Below are positions 30,593-40,042 of a stretch of 64,000 nucleotides of DNA, piece after piece. Numbering within the stretch: the stretch's first letter is position 1; every line of letters begins with the position of its first letter. Location: assembly GCA_025210555.1 (NCBI GenBank), contig JAOARL010000005.1, positions 55,671 to 119,670 of the forward strand, read 5' to 3'. Source of the stretch: Clostridia bacterium (lineage in GTDB: Bacteria > Bacillota > Clostridia > Lachnospirales > JAOARL01). The position numbers and the translations under genes are program-made. The notes beneath the pieces are model-generated. The model had not been told where the DNA came from, did not search any database, and saw only the letters and a program-made list of their open reading frames with translations.

Positions 30593-31111
30593 TTAGTACT
30601 TATCGCTTATAACTTTAATCTTTTTATTGCATATTAATATTTTTCTAATGATAAATATAGCTATTATTGGTGCTAAGTATATACCTAAAGCCCATGCTAA
30701 AGTTATCTTTATTCCAAAGTATATTAACCACCCTATTATTGGCATTAATAAAATAAATTCAAACTTTATTTTACTTAACAAATGCCATCCAAGTGGTAAG
30801 GATATAAATAAGTATATGTATATTAATCCCACAGCTATTGGATTATCTAATGATAACTTATAACGTTCAGCATCTAATTCTTTTAAATAAATTAACATAT
30901 AATGTGCTACTACTATTCCTATAATAGCAAAAGGAATTATCCATTTAAAAACTAATACACCTTGCTTTCTTTCCTTATTAATTTCAGCTATGCAGCACTC
31001 TTTGCATATCATCATCTCTTCAATTTCTATAGAGCATTCTTTGCAAATGCACTTTTAACAAATATTGCATTGAGCAACAACTTCTCTATCTTCATGGTTA
31101 TAACACTTCAT
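30593..31111 (-). pseudogene. Zinc-ribbon (B-box-like) membrane protein interrupted by an in-frame TAA at codon 19
   Basis: ATG 31111 with GGAGGA RBS reads MKCYNHEDREVVAQCNIC-TAA(31057-31055)-KCICKECSIEIEEMMICKECCIAEINK..., in frame (96 nt = 32 codons) with the track ORF 30593..31015, which itself lacks a good RBS. Confidence 0.6.
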
Positions 31112-31149
31112 AATATATCCTCCAAAAATTACTTCCCATAGTATTAATG

Positions 31150-31178
31150 TATTATAAAAAAAAGAACTTGAATTAACA
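31150..31178 (-). promoter_or_regulatory. Sigma-A-like promoter of the zinc-ribbon gene, embedded in the efp terminator
   Basis: On minus: TTGTTA, 17 nt, TATAAT, then about 30 nt to GGAGGA-ATG (31111). Confidence 0.4.
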
Positions 31179-31183
31179 AGTTC
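31155..31183 (-). terminator. Rho-independent terminator after efp
   Basis: Stem AGAACTTG/CAAGTTCT, followed by T8 on minus. Confidence 0.7.
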
Positions 31184-31191
31184 TAAATTAA

Positions 31192-31749
31192 TTATACTCT
31201 ACCTAAGTAATCACCAGTTTTAGTATCAATTTTAACTTTTTCTCCAAGTTCAATGAACATAGGAACTTTAATTACTGCACCAGTTTCAACTGTAGCTGTT
31301 TTAGTTCCACCTGAAGAAGTATCTCCTTTGAAGTTTGGCTCAGTTTCAGTAATCTCAAGCTCAACAAATTGTGGTGGCTCTGTTCCTAAAATTTCACCTT
31401 CGCAAGATAATACCTTAACATTATCGTTTTCTTTAACAAACTTTAAAGTATCTCCAAGCTGTCCCTCTTCTAATGCAATTTGCTCATATGTTTCTGTGTT
31501 CATAAAGTGGAACATATCTCCATCTGAGTATAAATATTGCATTTCATATCTTTCAATATGTGCTTTTTCTACTTTCTCTGAAGGGTTAAAAGTCTTCTCT
31601 GTAGTTGAACCTGACTTTAAGTTCTTCATCTTAACTCTAACAAACGCTGAACCTTTTCCTGGTTTAACATGTTGGAATTCTACTATTTGGAATATATTAC
31701 CTTCGTATTTAAATGTAATACCGTTTCTAAAATCTCCTGCTGATATCAT
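31192..31749 (-). CDS. efp: Elongation factor P
   Basis: 185 aa. [47 protein letters not shown]. Confidence 0.97.
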   Translation of the reverse strand: MISAGDFRNGITFKYEGNIFQIVEFQHVKPGKGSAFVRVKMKNLKSGSTTEKTFNPSEKVEKAHIERYEMQYLYSDGDMFHFMNTETYEQIALEEGQLGDTLKFVKENDNVKVLSCEGEILGTEPPQFVELEITETEPNFKGDTSSGGTKTATVETGAVIKVPMFIELGEKVKIDTKTGDYLGRV

Positions 31750-31813
31750 ATATTTCTCCTCTCAATTTATCAAAAATACCATAAATAATTATATAACCTT
31801 TTTAACTAAAAGT

Positions 31814-31847
31814 AAATAGCAGTCTTTCTTTCAAAAGACTACTATTT
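31814..31847 (-). terminator. Hairpin terminator after the repeat-protein gene
   Basis: 14-bp stem AAATAGCAGTCTTT/AAAGACTACTATTT (1 mismatch). Weak T-tract. Confidence 0.45.
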
Positions 31848-31877
31848 AAAATCTATACCTTTTCTTTTAGCATTTAA

Positions 31878-33917
31878 CTAATTTTTTTCTTCAAACAAAG
31901 TTTCTTGTGTGTTGACATCAAACATCTCAACATTTTTCTCTTTATTCACTTTTAATTCTATATCATATTTATAAGTTTTCTGAGTTGTTAAAACTTCAAC
32001 TTTTTCAATTAATTTAAATCTTTTATCATCCATTTTTTCATATTCTTCAGAGCTTTCATTCTCATCAAAATTTTCATTTTGAATTATAGCATTCACTAAT
32101 TCTTCTTTTATTAAAATTACTGATTCTGCTTCTTCTTCTAAAACGTCTCTTTCTTTTAAATCTTTACTATAAGTTTCCAATACATCTAAAGCACTTGATG
32201 CACTTAATGTTTTTAGCCCCTTTGGCATCTCTTTAGCAAGTTTTAATTTAGTAGCTTCTGTTGGATTTTTTATATATTTGTATAATTCTGGAGCTATTTC
32301 AAGTAACTCTAGCTGAACATCCTCAGCTGGATCTGAAATAGCCTTAATCGCATTAGGCTCTCTTCTTATTGCCTCTAACTGTACAGAAATATAAGGGTCA
32401 TTTATTCTTTTTATACTAAAAGGACTAGTCCTAACTGCCTGAATTTGTATTTCTTTTGACCTTTCTCCTTTTAATATATAATACCCTGACTGTTTAGCTG
32501 CCTCTAAATAAATTCCATTTGCGTCTTTTTCATCAACATTATGCATTCTATAACTACCTAGCGAACCATCTCTTTTAACTGCTTCCATTCTTACTGAAAA
32601 TGGAATTTCTTCAAACTTTTTCATTATACTTGGTTTAAGTTTAACTAATTTAAGTTTTTCTTCTTCTGTAAAAGAGTTTTCTTCAAAAAATTCCTCTACA
32701 TTTATATCATTTTCCATAGCTATTATTATAAGTTCTGGGTGAAGTTTATTTAAATACTCAATATTTCCCCATTGATTATTTTCTAAAAGTTTTCTCTGCA
32801 CCTCAACACATGGTTCTTTTATTGATTTTACAAGAGCTGGTTTTTCTTCAGCTACTCTCATTTGAACATCAACACATGGATTTTCAATTGCTGATATAAG
32901 ATCTACATCTTCATCTACTGCTATTTTTTGAGCCTTATCACAAGGTTTATCTAGTTCATATATAGCTTCAGAATCAACACTAACAGCTTTAATCTGCAAT
33001 GTAGTAGATGGATTTTCCATTTCCCCAATTAAATAAGGATCTTCTTCTAATGCATATAAAAGTGTTCCTACATTTAATTTTTTATATTTAACAAATTCAA
33101 TTACTATTCTAGGGTTTACCTTTATAATTTCCTTTATTTCTTTTTCCCCTAAAGCCTCAGCTTTTTCTTTGTCTAATACCTTTTCATCACTTATTAATGC
33201 CCCTATTACTAGTTCTTTTTCAGGCTCATGCATTTTTGAAACTGATTGAGGAAACAAATTTATTATTTTTTCATGTAATGATTTATCAAGTTTTGATATA
33301 TATATATAATTTTCAGGATATAATATTTCACCTTTAGAATTTATACCAAGAACCTTTTTTTGCTGAGTGAGACTTGGTTCTTTAATAAATCTAATATTAC
33401 TTAAATCTGATTCTAGGGCAGCCTTTTCAAAACTACCATATAATTTTTCATCATAATATTCTTGATCTATATCTCCCAAATTAATATATCCATTTGATAA
33501 TCCCCAAATAGCATTTTCTCCGCTTGAATCTTGAACTAAATCAAACATTTTATTATGTCTCTTCATTACTTGTCTTATTGAAGATTTATATGTATCTCTA
33601 ATCAATTCCGGATTCTGAGAAATGTATGCCGCAACTCTTGGATCCCTTTGCACAAATACATTTTGCAAATGACTTGATAGTCTATGCCATTGAGAATCCA
33701 TAAACTTATTAAAATAGTGCAAGTACAGCATTTTAGGACTTTTATTAACATTGCTACTAAATTCTTTTTTCATTTCAAAAAGTCCATATGTTGGAAATGC
33801 AACTCTATCCGTAACATAGCTTACTCCATTAGAACAAAGATAATCTTCTAAATTACGTGAAGCATTAAAATTTTCATATCCCTCTTCATATTCTTCTTTT
33901 CTACACATATACCTCAT
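31878..33917 (-). CDS. Hypothetical protein with tandem 22-23-aa alpha-solenoid-like repeats
   Basis: Repeats such as ENPCVDVQMRVAEEKPALVKSI / KEPCVEVQRKLLENN / NDPYISVQLEAIRREPNAIKAI / SDPAEDVQLELLEIAPELYKYI. ATG 33917 (GGAG 8 nt upstream) preferred. The track start 33971 has no RBS. Confidence 0.6.
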   Translation of the reverse strand: MRYMCRKEEYEEGYENFNASRNLEDYLCSNGVSYVTDRVAFPTYGLFEMKKEFSSNVNKSPKMLYLHYFNKFMDSQWHRLSSHLQNVFVQRDPRVAAYISQNPELIRDTYKSSIRQVMKRHNKMFDLVQDSSGENAIWGLSNGYINLGDIDQEYYDEKLYGSFEKAALESDLSNIRFIKEPSLTQQKKVLGINSKGEILYPENYIYISKLDKSLHEKIINLFPQSVSKMHEPEKELVIGALISDEKVLDKEKAEALGEKEIKEIIKVNPRIVIEFVKYKKLNVGTLLYALEEDPYLIGEMENPSTTLQIKAVSVDSEAIYELDKPCDKAQKIAVDEDVDLISAIENPCVDVQMRVAEEKPALVKSIKEPCVEVQRKLLENNQWGNIEYLNKLHPELIIIAMENDINVEEFFEENSFTEEEKLKLVKLKPSIMKKFEEIPFSVRMEAVKRDGSLGSYRMHNVDEKDANGIYLEAAKQSGYYILKGERSKEIQIQAVRTSPFSIKRINDPYISVQLEAIRREPNAIKAISDPAEDVQLELLEIAPELYKYIKNPTEATKLKLAKEMPKGLKTLSASSALDVLETYSKDLKERDVLEEEAESVILIKEELVNAIIQNENFDENESSEEYEKMDDKRFKLIEKVEVLTTQKTYKYDIELKVNKEKNVEMFDVNTQETLFEEKN

Positions 33918-34079
33918 TTTATCAACTCCTAATGCTACAATATTATCACTTTTTTCTGAATATTTCAACATTTTTCTTTTTAGCTAATATCAAATGAGCT
34001 ACATATGTAATTAAATATCTTATAGCTTAAATTTATCTTTTCTTAATTCTTTTAACTCAAACTCTTTCCAAACCTAACA

Positions 34080-34646
34080 TTAATGCTTTAAACCACTTTC
34101 AGTATCTTTTTCATCTATGGTTTTCAATATACTGCTAACTACATTAGCTATATCTTCCGGCTTTTCTATTATACTAACTGATTCACTTTCCATTGGTATA
34201 CCTAAGCCACCTACATAATCACTTAATGTAGTATTATCTTGGATTTCTTCATATAAACAGTTATATCCTAATGTTGAGTAAGCCAACATTCCAAAACCAG
34301 CAGTATTATCCCTAGTTGTTCCGCAATCAATTAATACATTTTGAGTATCTTCACCTACTGAGAAAAACTCAAGACTTAATTCAGCTTCTTTTATATCTCC
34401 CTTTTCCAATATTGTAATATAGCTTGTCCCTTTATTACTTATTACATCTTCTCCGTCCCAATCTAAAAATATAGTAGTACTCTTATAAGTATTATTCTTT
34501 ATATTCATCTCTATTATTTTTCTTTCTGAAACGCTTAAATCCATACTTTCTAAAACTGATATTAGTACTTCATTCTCTCCGTCTCCTATATTTTTAATTA
34601 AATCTATAAGTTCTTTTTTCTTTAAATCTTGATTAATTTCTTGCAT
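34080..34646 (-). CDS. Hypothetical protein
   Basis: 188 aa. RBS AAAGGAGA. No motif recognised. Confidence 0.6.
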   Translation of the reverse strand: MQEINQDLKKKELIDLIKNIGDGENEVLISVLESMDLSVSERKIIEMNIKNNTYKSTTIFLDWDGEDVISNKGTSYITILEKGDIKEAELSLEFFSVGEDTQNVLIDCGTTRDNTAGFGMLAYSTLGYNCLYEEIQDNTTLSDYVGGLGIPMESESVSIIEKPEDIANVVSSILKTIDEKDTESGLKH

Positions 34647-34665
34647 ATTATTTCTCCTTTGATTA

Positions 34666-35130
34666 TTATATTTTCCTCTGCATCATTTTACCTGTTTCTA
34701 TAAACCCTTTTTTCTCATACAGTGATATAGCCTTTTTATTAGGACTTAAAACTTTTAAGCTAACTACCTTGGTATCAATCTTTTCTGCCCATTTAAAAGC
34801 TTCTTCTATTAACTTATCTGCTATACCTTTTCTTCTATAGGCTTTATTGATATATAGTGCATCAATTCTCATTATACCTTCAATTACTGCTGTATTTTTT
34901 TCTTCTTCTAAGATACAACATACATATCCTGTGATTGCTTCTTTTTCATATGCTATAAATAAGGCAAATCCCTTTTTCTTTAATTGAGTCTCATACCACT
35001 TATTTATGTTTATCTGTGGATTTAAATTTGAATCAAAATCACGTTCTTCTATTATAAGACTCTGAAGAAGCTTATCACATTCCCTAGCTTCTTCTACTGT
35101 TTTAACTATTCTTATCTCCATACATACCAA
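34666..35130 (-). CDS. GNAT-family N-acetyltransferase
   Basis: 154 aa. Acetyl-CoA pocket motif AYRRKGIADKLIEEA. Confidence 0.8.
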   Translation of the reverse strand: MVCMEIRIVKTVEEARECDKLLQSLIIEERDFDSNLNPQININKWYETQLKKKGFALFIAYEKEAITGYVCCILEEEKNTAVIEGIMRIDALYINKAYRRKGIADKLIEEAFKWAEKIDTKVVSLKVLSPNKKAISLYEKKGFIETGKMMQRKI

Positions 35131-35149
35131 TTCCTTCTTTAAATAAGTA

Positions 35150-35551
35150 CTATTTGATTTCTATTGACTTAAAAACAGATCTACTTTTCTCACCATATTC
35201 TATTCTGTATCTTTTTCCTACTTTAATCCCCATATCAAATGTACTATATAAAATAATTTCTCCCTTTTCTACTTCATCAAACCTATACTTAATATTACCT
35301 GCACCTCTATGAGTTTTGTTAAATATAACTTCATTACAATATAGGTTATTGCTAGTTCTTTTACCATAAAACTCACTATACTTATCAAAAGTTGCCATCA
35401 AATACATAATATACATAAATATTATGAAAACTGATAAAATAAACACATTTACATTATTTACAAACCATACAACAAATATAGTTGCTGAAATAAAAGTAAT
35501 TATATCTTCTGTTTTTTCCCATATTCCCATGTTTTCTCCCATTATAGCCAT
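35150..35551 (-). CDS. Hypothetical small membrane protein (2 TM plus a beta-rich tail)
   Basis: 133 aa. Alternative start at 35530 has GGGAGA upstream. Confidence 0.5.
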   Translation of the reverse strand: MAIMGENMGIWEKTEDIITFISATIFVVWFVNNVNVFILSVFIIFMYIMYLMATFDKYSEFYGKRTSNNLYCNEVIFNKTHRGAGNIKYRFDEVEKGEIILYSTFDMGIKVGKRYRIEYGEKSRSVFKSIEIK

Positions 35552-35554
35552 ATT

Positions 35555-36571
35555 TTATTTTCTTGTTAAAGCTATTCCACCATCTTTAGTAACAAGCATA
35601 GTATCTTCTATTCTAACCCCACCAAGACCTTCTATATATATACCTGGTTCTATAGTTATAACCATTCCTTCTTTTAGTATGTCTTTAGATCTTTTTGAAA
35701 CTGCTGGAGCCTCATGAACGTTAAGTCCCACTCCATGACCCAAGCTATGAAGGAAATATTCTCCATATCCCTCTTCTTCTATATATTCTCTTGCAACTTT
35801 ATCAAGTTCGCTAAGTTCCATACCAACCTCTATTGCATCTCGTGCTCTTTGCTGCGCTTCTCTTACAACATAATATATATCCTCTTGCTCATTAGATAGT
35901 ATTCCTTTTTTAAATGTTCTAGTCATATCTGAACAATATCCATTAACTTTACAACCAACATCACAAATGATAAGCTCTCCATCTTCAATCATTTTATCTG
36001 ATGGCATACCATGAACTATTGCTGAATTATTACCAGAAACAACAATAGGCTCAAAAGAAACATCTTCTGCACCCTTTTTGATCATTTCACTAACTATATA
36101 GTCAGCAAGATCTTTTTCACTAATTCCATCATCAATTTTTTCCTGAACAGTTTCTAATACTTCCCTAGTTATTGTACAAGCTTTTGATATACTATCTATT
36201 TCTTTCTTCTCTTTTGTAATTCTTTTATCCTCTATATATTTATCTTGAGCTATTATATTAACCTCTAACTTACTTAACACCTCATCATACATCCTAAAAG
36301 AAATGCTTTTTTCAAAATATAAAGTATCAATTTCATTCTCAGCAATTATATCTTTAATTGCTTTAGTTAAATTACTCTCTGTAAAATCTATAACTTTATA
36401 TTCTTTTAACTTTTCTTTAAGCTCTAATGTGTATCTAGAGTCTGTTATAGCATATTTTTTATCATCATTTACAAGAAGATAAACCTCTTGTTCATCATAA
36501 AGAGGTTTATTTCCAAATCCTGTTAAATATTTAATATTATAAAAATCTGTAATTAGAAACATTTTACTCAT
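35555..36571 (-). CDS. pepP: M24-family Xaa-Pro aminopeptidase
   Basis: 338 aa. Metal ligands in DVGCKVNGYCSDMTRT, HSLGHGVGLNVHE, ITIEPGIY, RIEDT. Confidence 0.88.
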   Translation of the reverse strand: MSKMFLITDFYNIKYLTGFGNKPLYDEQEVYLLVNDDKKYAITDSRYTLELKEKLKEYKVIDFTESNLTKAIKDIIAENEIDTLYFEKSISFRMYDEVLSKLEVNIIAQDKYIEDKRITKEKKEIDSISKACTITREVLETVQEKIDDGISEKDLADYIVSEMIKKGAEDVSFEPIVVSGNNSAIVHGMPSDKMIEDGELIICDVGCKVNGYCSDMTRTFKKGILSNEQEDIYYVVREAQQRARDAIEVGMELSELDKVAREYIEEEGYGEYFLHSLGHGVGLNVHEAPAVSKRSKDILKEGMVITIEPGIYIEGLGGVRIEDTMLVTKDGGIALTRK

Positions 36572-37139
36572 CTATATCATTCCTTAAAATTTCTTTTTTT
36601 CTTTTAATAGCTGATTCTATAGTATTTTTTTCTTTATTAAGTCTTGTATATCTATTTAATATTCTTCTTTCAACACCGCGTTTAAGTTTCATGTATATAG
36701 GTTCTTTTCTAGTAAGTGGTTTAACCAAAATTGTCATCATGCTACACCTATTGGCAACTAAAACATCTGTAAAAATTTGATCTCCAACTAATACTGTATT
36801 GCAACTATTAGTTCCCATTATCTCCATAGCTTTAAGCACTTTTGACTTAAATGGTTTCATAGCATTAGATATAGCTGTAACATTATTAAATTTTCTTTTA
36901 ATAAGTTCTACTCTTTTCTTCCCACTATTAGATACTAAGCCTACACTAAGGCCTGTTTTAGCAAGTTCATTTACAAATTCTACAATTCTTATATCAGGCT
37001 CATCTGTATTAAGTGGTACTAATGTATTATCAACATCAAAAATAACACCTCTAACACCTTTAGCTCTGAGATATTCAAAATCTATACTATATATTGAATC
37101 CAAATATACACTTGGGTATAAAATATTCATTTTAATCAC
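36564..37139 (-). CDS. yqeG: YqeG-family HAD phosphatase
   Basis: 191 aa. VIFDVDNTLVP, LVSNS, VGDQIFTDV. Confidence 0.82.
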   Translation of the reverse strand: MIKMNILYPSVYLDSIYSIDFEYLRAKGVRGVIFDVDNTLVPLNTDEPDIRIVEFVNELAKTGLSVGLVSNSGKKRVELIKRKFNNVTAISNAMKPFKSKVLKAMEIMGTNSCNTVLVGDQIFTDVLVANRCSMMTILVKPLTRKEPIYMKLKRGVERRILNRYTRLNKEKNTIESAIKRKKEILRNDIDE

Positions 37140-37687
37140 CCCATTCTATTTAGTATATTTTTAGCTATATCATCATCTTGTCCTTTTACTAATTCTTTAA
37201 GGTATTTATACTCATCTTCTCCCAGTTCAATAGTATAAACTCTTTTTCCATCTGTTGGTATTGCATCTACTGCTAATTTATCTGCAAGTTCATTGTATTT
37301 GTTTCCTGAATGACCTTTCACCTTAATAAATTCTACTGTTCTTTCTCTCTCAAGAGATCTTAGCTCTTTAATAAGATCTTGGTTTTCAACTGGTTTCTTC
37401 TTGCTAGCAGTTATAAATCCATTTTTTTCCCACTTATCTATCCATCCCTGCTTAAAAGTATTTATAACATATGCTGAATCAGAATATAACATTACTCTTG
37501 AACCAACTTCTGTATTCTTAAGCGCTTCTATAGCACCTTGTATTTCCATTCTATTATTAGTAGTTGCATAACTACCACCACTAAAACTTCTGCCATCTAA
37601 GAAAGCTGCTGACCAACCCCCAGGCTGAAGTCCTTCTGCTTGATTATTTTTACATGCACCATCTGTGTATACTTCATATATTTTCAT
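37136..37687 (-). CDS. rnhA: Ribonuclease HI with ~35-aa C-terminal extension
   Basis: 183 aa. VYTDGAC, NNRMEIQGAIEAL, LYSDSAYV, GHSGNKYNELADKLA. Confidence 0.85.
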   Translation of the reverse strand: MKIYEVYTDGACKNNQAEGLQPGGWSAAFLDGRSFSGGSYATTNNRMEIQGAIEALKNTEVGSRVMLYSDSAYVINTFKQGWIDKWEKNGFITASKKKPVENQDLIKELRSLERERTVEFIKVKGHSGNKYNELADKLAVDAIPTDGKRVYTIELGEDEYKYLKELVKGQDDDIAKNILNRMG

Positions 37688-37790
37688 TTAATTTTCACCA
37701 TCCTATATTCTAATTTTATCATATATTGTAACTATATTGAAATATCACATTACAATAAATTTTGTTATAATATTAATGAGGTGATAATTT

Positions 37791-38207
37791 ATGGTTTGGA
37801 TTGTATTAGCAGTCATTTTTGGTATTGCTGAACTTCTAACAGCTGGATTTTTTATATTAAATTTCAGTTTTGCATCAATTGTTGCATATATAGCATCATT
37901 AATTACTGATGACTTATATGTACAATTATTAGTTTTCTTAGTATCTTCTATCATATTCTTATTTGCAACAAAACCTATTGCAAATAAACTGCAAAAAGAA
38001 GATAAAATTAAGACAAATACTGATAAATTAATTGGACAAGTTGGTGTTGTTACAGAAACAGTAAACAATATGAATTCTACTGGTCAAGCTAAATTTAATG
38101 GTGAAATTTGGTCTATTAAATCTAATTCTGAAGAAAATATAGAAAAAGACCAAAAAGTAAAAGTAATTGAGGTATCAGGGGTAAAATTAATCGTAGAAAA
38201 AATTTAA
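37791..38207 (+). CDS. NfeD-family membrane protein
   Basis: 138 aa. TM N-half and a C-terminal OB-like GQVGVVTE...GQAKFNGEIWSIKS...VKVIEVSGVKLIVE. RBS GAGGTGA. Confidence 0.82.
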   Translation: MVWIVLAVIFGIAELLTAGFFILNFSFASIVAYIASLITDDLYVQLLVFLVSSIIFLFATKPIANKLQKEDKIKTNTDKLIGQVGVVTETVNNMNSTGQAKFNGEIWSIKSNSEENIEKDQKVKVIEVSGVKLIVEKI

Positions 38208-38218
38208 GGAGTGGTAAC

Positions 38219-39145
38219 ATGGAAATTATTGTAATACTTAGTGTCTTTATATTAATAATAGCACTATCAAGTTTTAAAATAATTAATCAATCTAGAGTTG
38301 GTGTTGTTGAAAGACTTGGAAAATTTAACAGAAGAGCTGAAGTTGGTATTCATGTGTTAATACCTTTTATTGAATCAATGAAGGCTGTAATTGACTTAAG
38401 AGAGAGAGTTGTTGACTTCCCTCCTCAACCAGTTATTACAAAGGATAATGTAACTATGCAAATTGATACTGTAGTTTACTACAAGATCACAGATCCAATT
38501 AAGTATATGTATGAAATAGCTAATCCTTTATCAGCTATTGAAAACTTAACTGCTACAACACTTAGAAATATTATTGGAGACTTAGATTTAGATGGTACAT
38601 TAACTTCAAGAGATATTGTAAATACTAAACTTAGAGCTATTCTTGATGAAGCTACTGATCCATGGGGTATTAAAGTTAGCCGTGTTGAGCTTAAAAACAT
38701 TATGCCACCAAGAGATATACAAGAAGCAATGGAGAAGCAAATGAGAGCCGAGAGACAAAGACGTGAAGCTATCTTAACTGCTGAAGGAGAAAAGCAATCT
38801 GCTATCCTTACAGCTGAAGGAGAAAAGCAAGCTATGATCTTAAACGCAGAAGCTGAAAAAGAAACAAACATTAGAAGAGCCGAAGGAGAAAGACAAGCAA
38901 GACTCCTTGAAGCTCAAGGGGAAGCTGATGCTATTAGAACCGTAAAAGAAGCAGAAGCACAAGGTATTAAAATGGTTTACTCTGCTATTAAAGATAGCGA
39001 ACCAAATGAAGCTGTTCTTACTGTTAAATCACTTGAAGCACTTCAAAAAATTGCTGAAGGTGAATCTTCAAAACTTGTTATTCCATCTGAGTCGGTTGGA
39101 ATGCTTGGTTCAATGACAGCTATAAAAGAAATATTTAAAAAATAA
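38219..39145 (+). CDS. SPFH/Band-7 (stomatin-like) protein
   Basis: 308 aa. N-terminal anchor, SPFH core, EA-rich coiled coil. Classic NfeD-SPFH pair. Confidence 0.9.
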   Translation: MEIIVILSVFILIIALSSFKIINQSRVGVVERLGKFNRRAEVGIHVLIPFIESMKAVIDLRERVVDFPPQPVITKDNVTMQIDTVVYYKITDPIKYMYEIANPLSAIENLTATTLRNIIGDLDLDGTLTSRDIVNTKLRAILDEATDPWGIKVSRVELKNIMPPRDIQEAMEKQMRAERQRREAILTAEGEKQSAILTAEGEKQAMILNAEAEKETNIRRAEGERQARLLEAQGEADAIRTVKEAEAQGIKMVYSAIKDSEPNEAVLTVKSLEALQKIAEGESSKLVIPSESVGMLGSMTAIKEIFKK

Positions 39146-39150
39146 TAATA

Positions 39151-39177
39151 TAAAAAGCATGACATTAGTCATGCTTT
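39151..39177. repeat. 27-nt direct repeat, copy 1 (terminator hairpin)
   Basis: TAAAAAGCATGACATTAGTCATGCTTT, identical to 40043-40069. Confidence 0.9.
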
Positions 39178-39180
39178 TTT
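39152..39180. terminator. Bidirectional terminator between the SPFH gene (+) and the 248-aa gene (-)
   Basis: 12-bp perfect stem AAAAAGCATGAC/GTCATGCTTTTT, ATTA loop, T/A runs on both sides. Confidence 0.75.
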
Positions 39181-39201
39181 GCTATTATTATAATTTATTA
39201 T

Positions 39202-39948
39202 TTAATACATTGTAATTTCGCCTTCTCTTACTGAATCTCTAATACTTCCATTAGCAAATTTAAAATGATTTTGGTTTTCACTATTTTTACCAACTTCAAT
39301 AGTTAAATTTTCATAACTAGGTTTAGGTGATCTTGATACTCTTGTCTCATCTGACTCATACATTATTTTTGCTTCAGTCTCTGATCCCTCTATATCCCCC
39401 ATTTTAACATATGTTCTCTGACCAACATTTGTCATTTTAAAATATCCAATATCTGGATCTTGAATTGCAATTTCGTATATTTCAAAAATAATTTTAGCAT
39501 ATTCAGAATCCTTATCATATTTGTTATAAAACGGATAACTTATTGGGTTATCTATTCTAACTTCTATTTTTACACCTTTATCTTCCGTCATTTTTTCAAT
39601 ATCTTCATTCGCTACTTTTTGATAATTGATTTTTCCCATTATGTGACCTAAACTTTTATTCTCATCTTCAGTGGCTTTCTTATATAATTCTTCTACTACT
39701 GATTCAAATGCTTTTTTCTCTATCAAGTCTATAGCTTTTGAATCACCAGAAGCAAATACTTCTTCCTCCACTTTCTTTTTTAATTTAAGTGCAATATCTA
39801 AATTAAAATCTTCAAAAAAATCAACTACTCCATATTGCCTATAATCATCGGATTCTTTAACTCCTAGTATACTATTTACTAGTCTACTTATATCAAATCC
39901 CATTTTTTTCATTGTAACTATAAACATTTTATCTCTAATTTTTAACAC
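39202..39948 (-). CDS. Hypothetical protein (single-gene cassette)
   Basis: 248 aa. GTG start with AAGGAG 7 nt upstream. Own sigma-A-like promoter. No motif recognised. Confidence 0.6.
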   Translation of the reverse strand: MLKIRDKMFIVTMKKMGFDISRLVNSILGVKESDDYRQYGVVDFFEDFNLDIALKLKKKVEEEVFASGDSKAIDLIEKKAFESVVEELYKKATEDENKSLGHIMGKINYQKVANEDIEKMTEDKGVKIEVRIDNPISYPFYNKYDKDSEYAKIIFEIYEIAIQDPDIGYFKMTNVGQRTYVKMGDIEGSETEAKIMYESDETRVSRSPKPSYENLTIEVGKNSENQNHFKFANGSIRDSVREGEITMY

Positions 39949-39968
39949 AACATCACTCCTTATTGGCT

Positions 39969-39997
39969 ATTGTATCACAACCATATGTTTTGTTCAA
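39969..39997 (-). promoter_or_regulatory. Sigma-A-like promoter of the 248-aa cassette gene
   Basis: On minus: TTGAAC, 17 nt, TGaTACAAT (extended -10), about 20 nt upstream of AAGGAG-GTG. Confidence 0.5.
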
Positions 39998-40042
39998 ATA
40001 TTCTGTCTTTTGTTCGTTTTTTAATACATATTCTTTCAATAT

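Noticed and set aside
34666-35551. The GNAT acetyltransferase plus its upstream small ORF as a GNAT-type toxin-antitoxin pair (TacT/AtaT-like).
   Set aside because: The upstream partner is a 2-TM membrane protein, not a small RHH/DUF1778 antitoxin. The GNAT gene shows no overlap or coupling typical of TA pairs.
38768-38866. Three tandem 33-nt units (GCTATCTTAACTGCTGAAGGAGAAAAGCAATCT and variants) that could look like a repeat array.
   Set aside because: They are in frame inside the SPFH gene and encode the AILTAEGEKQ(S/A) coiled-coil heptad/11-mer region typical of stomatin/HflK-like proteins. They are not a non-coding array.
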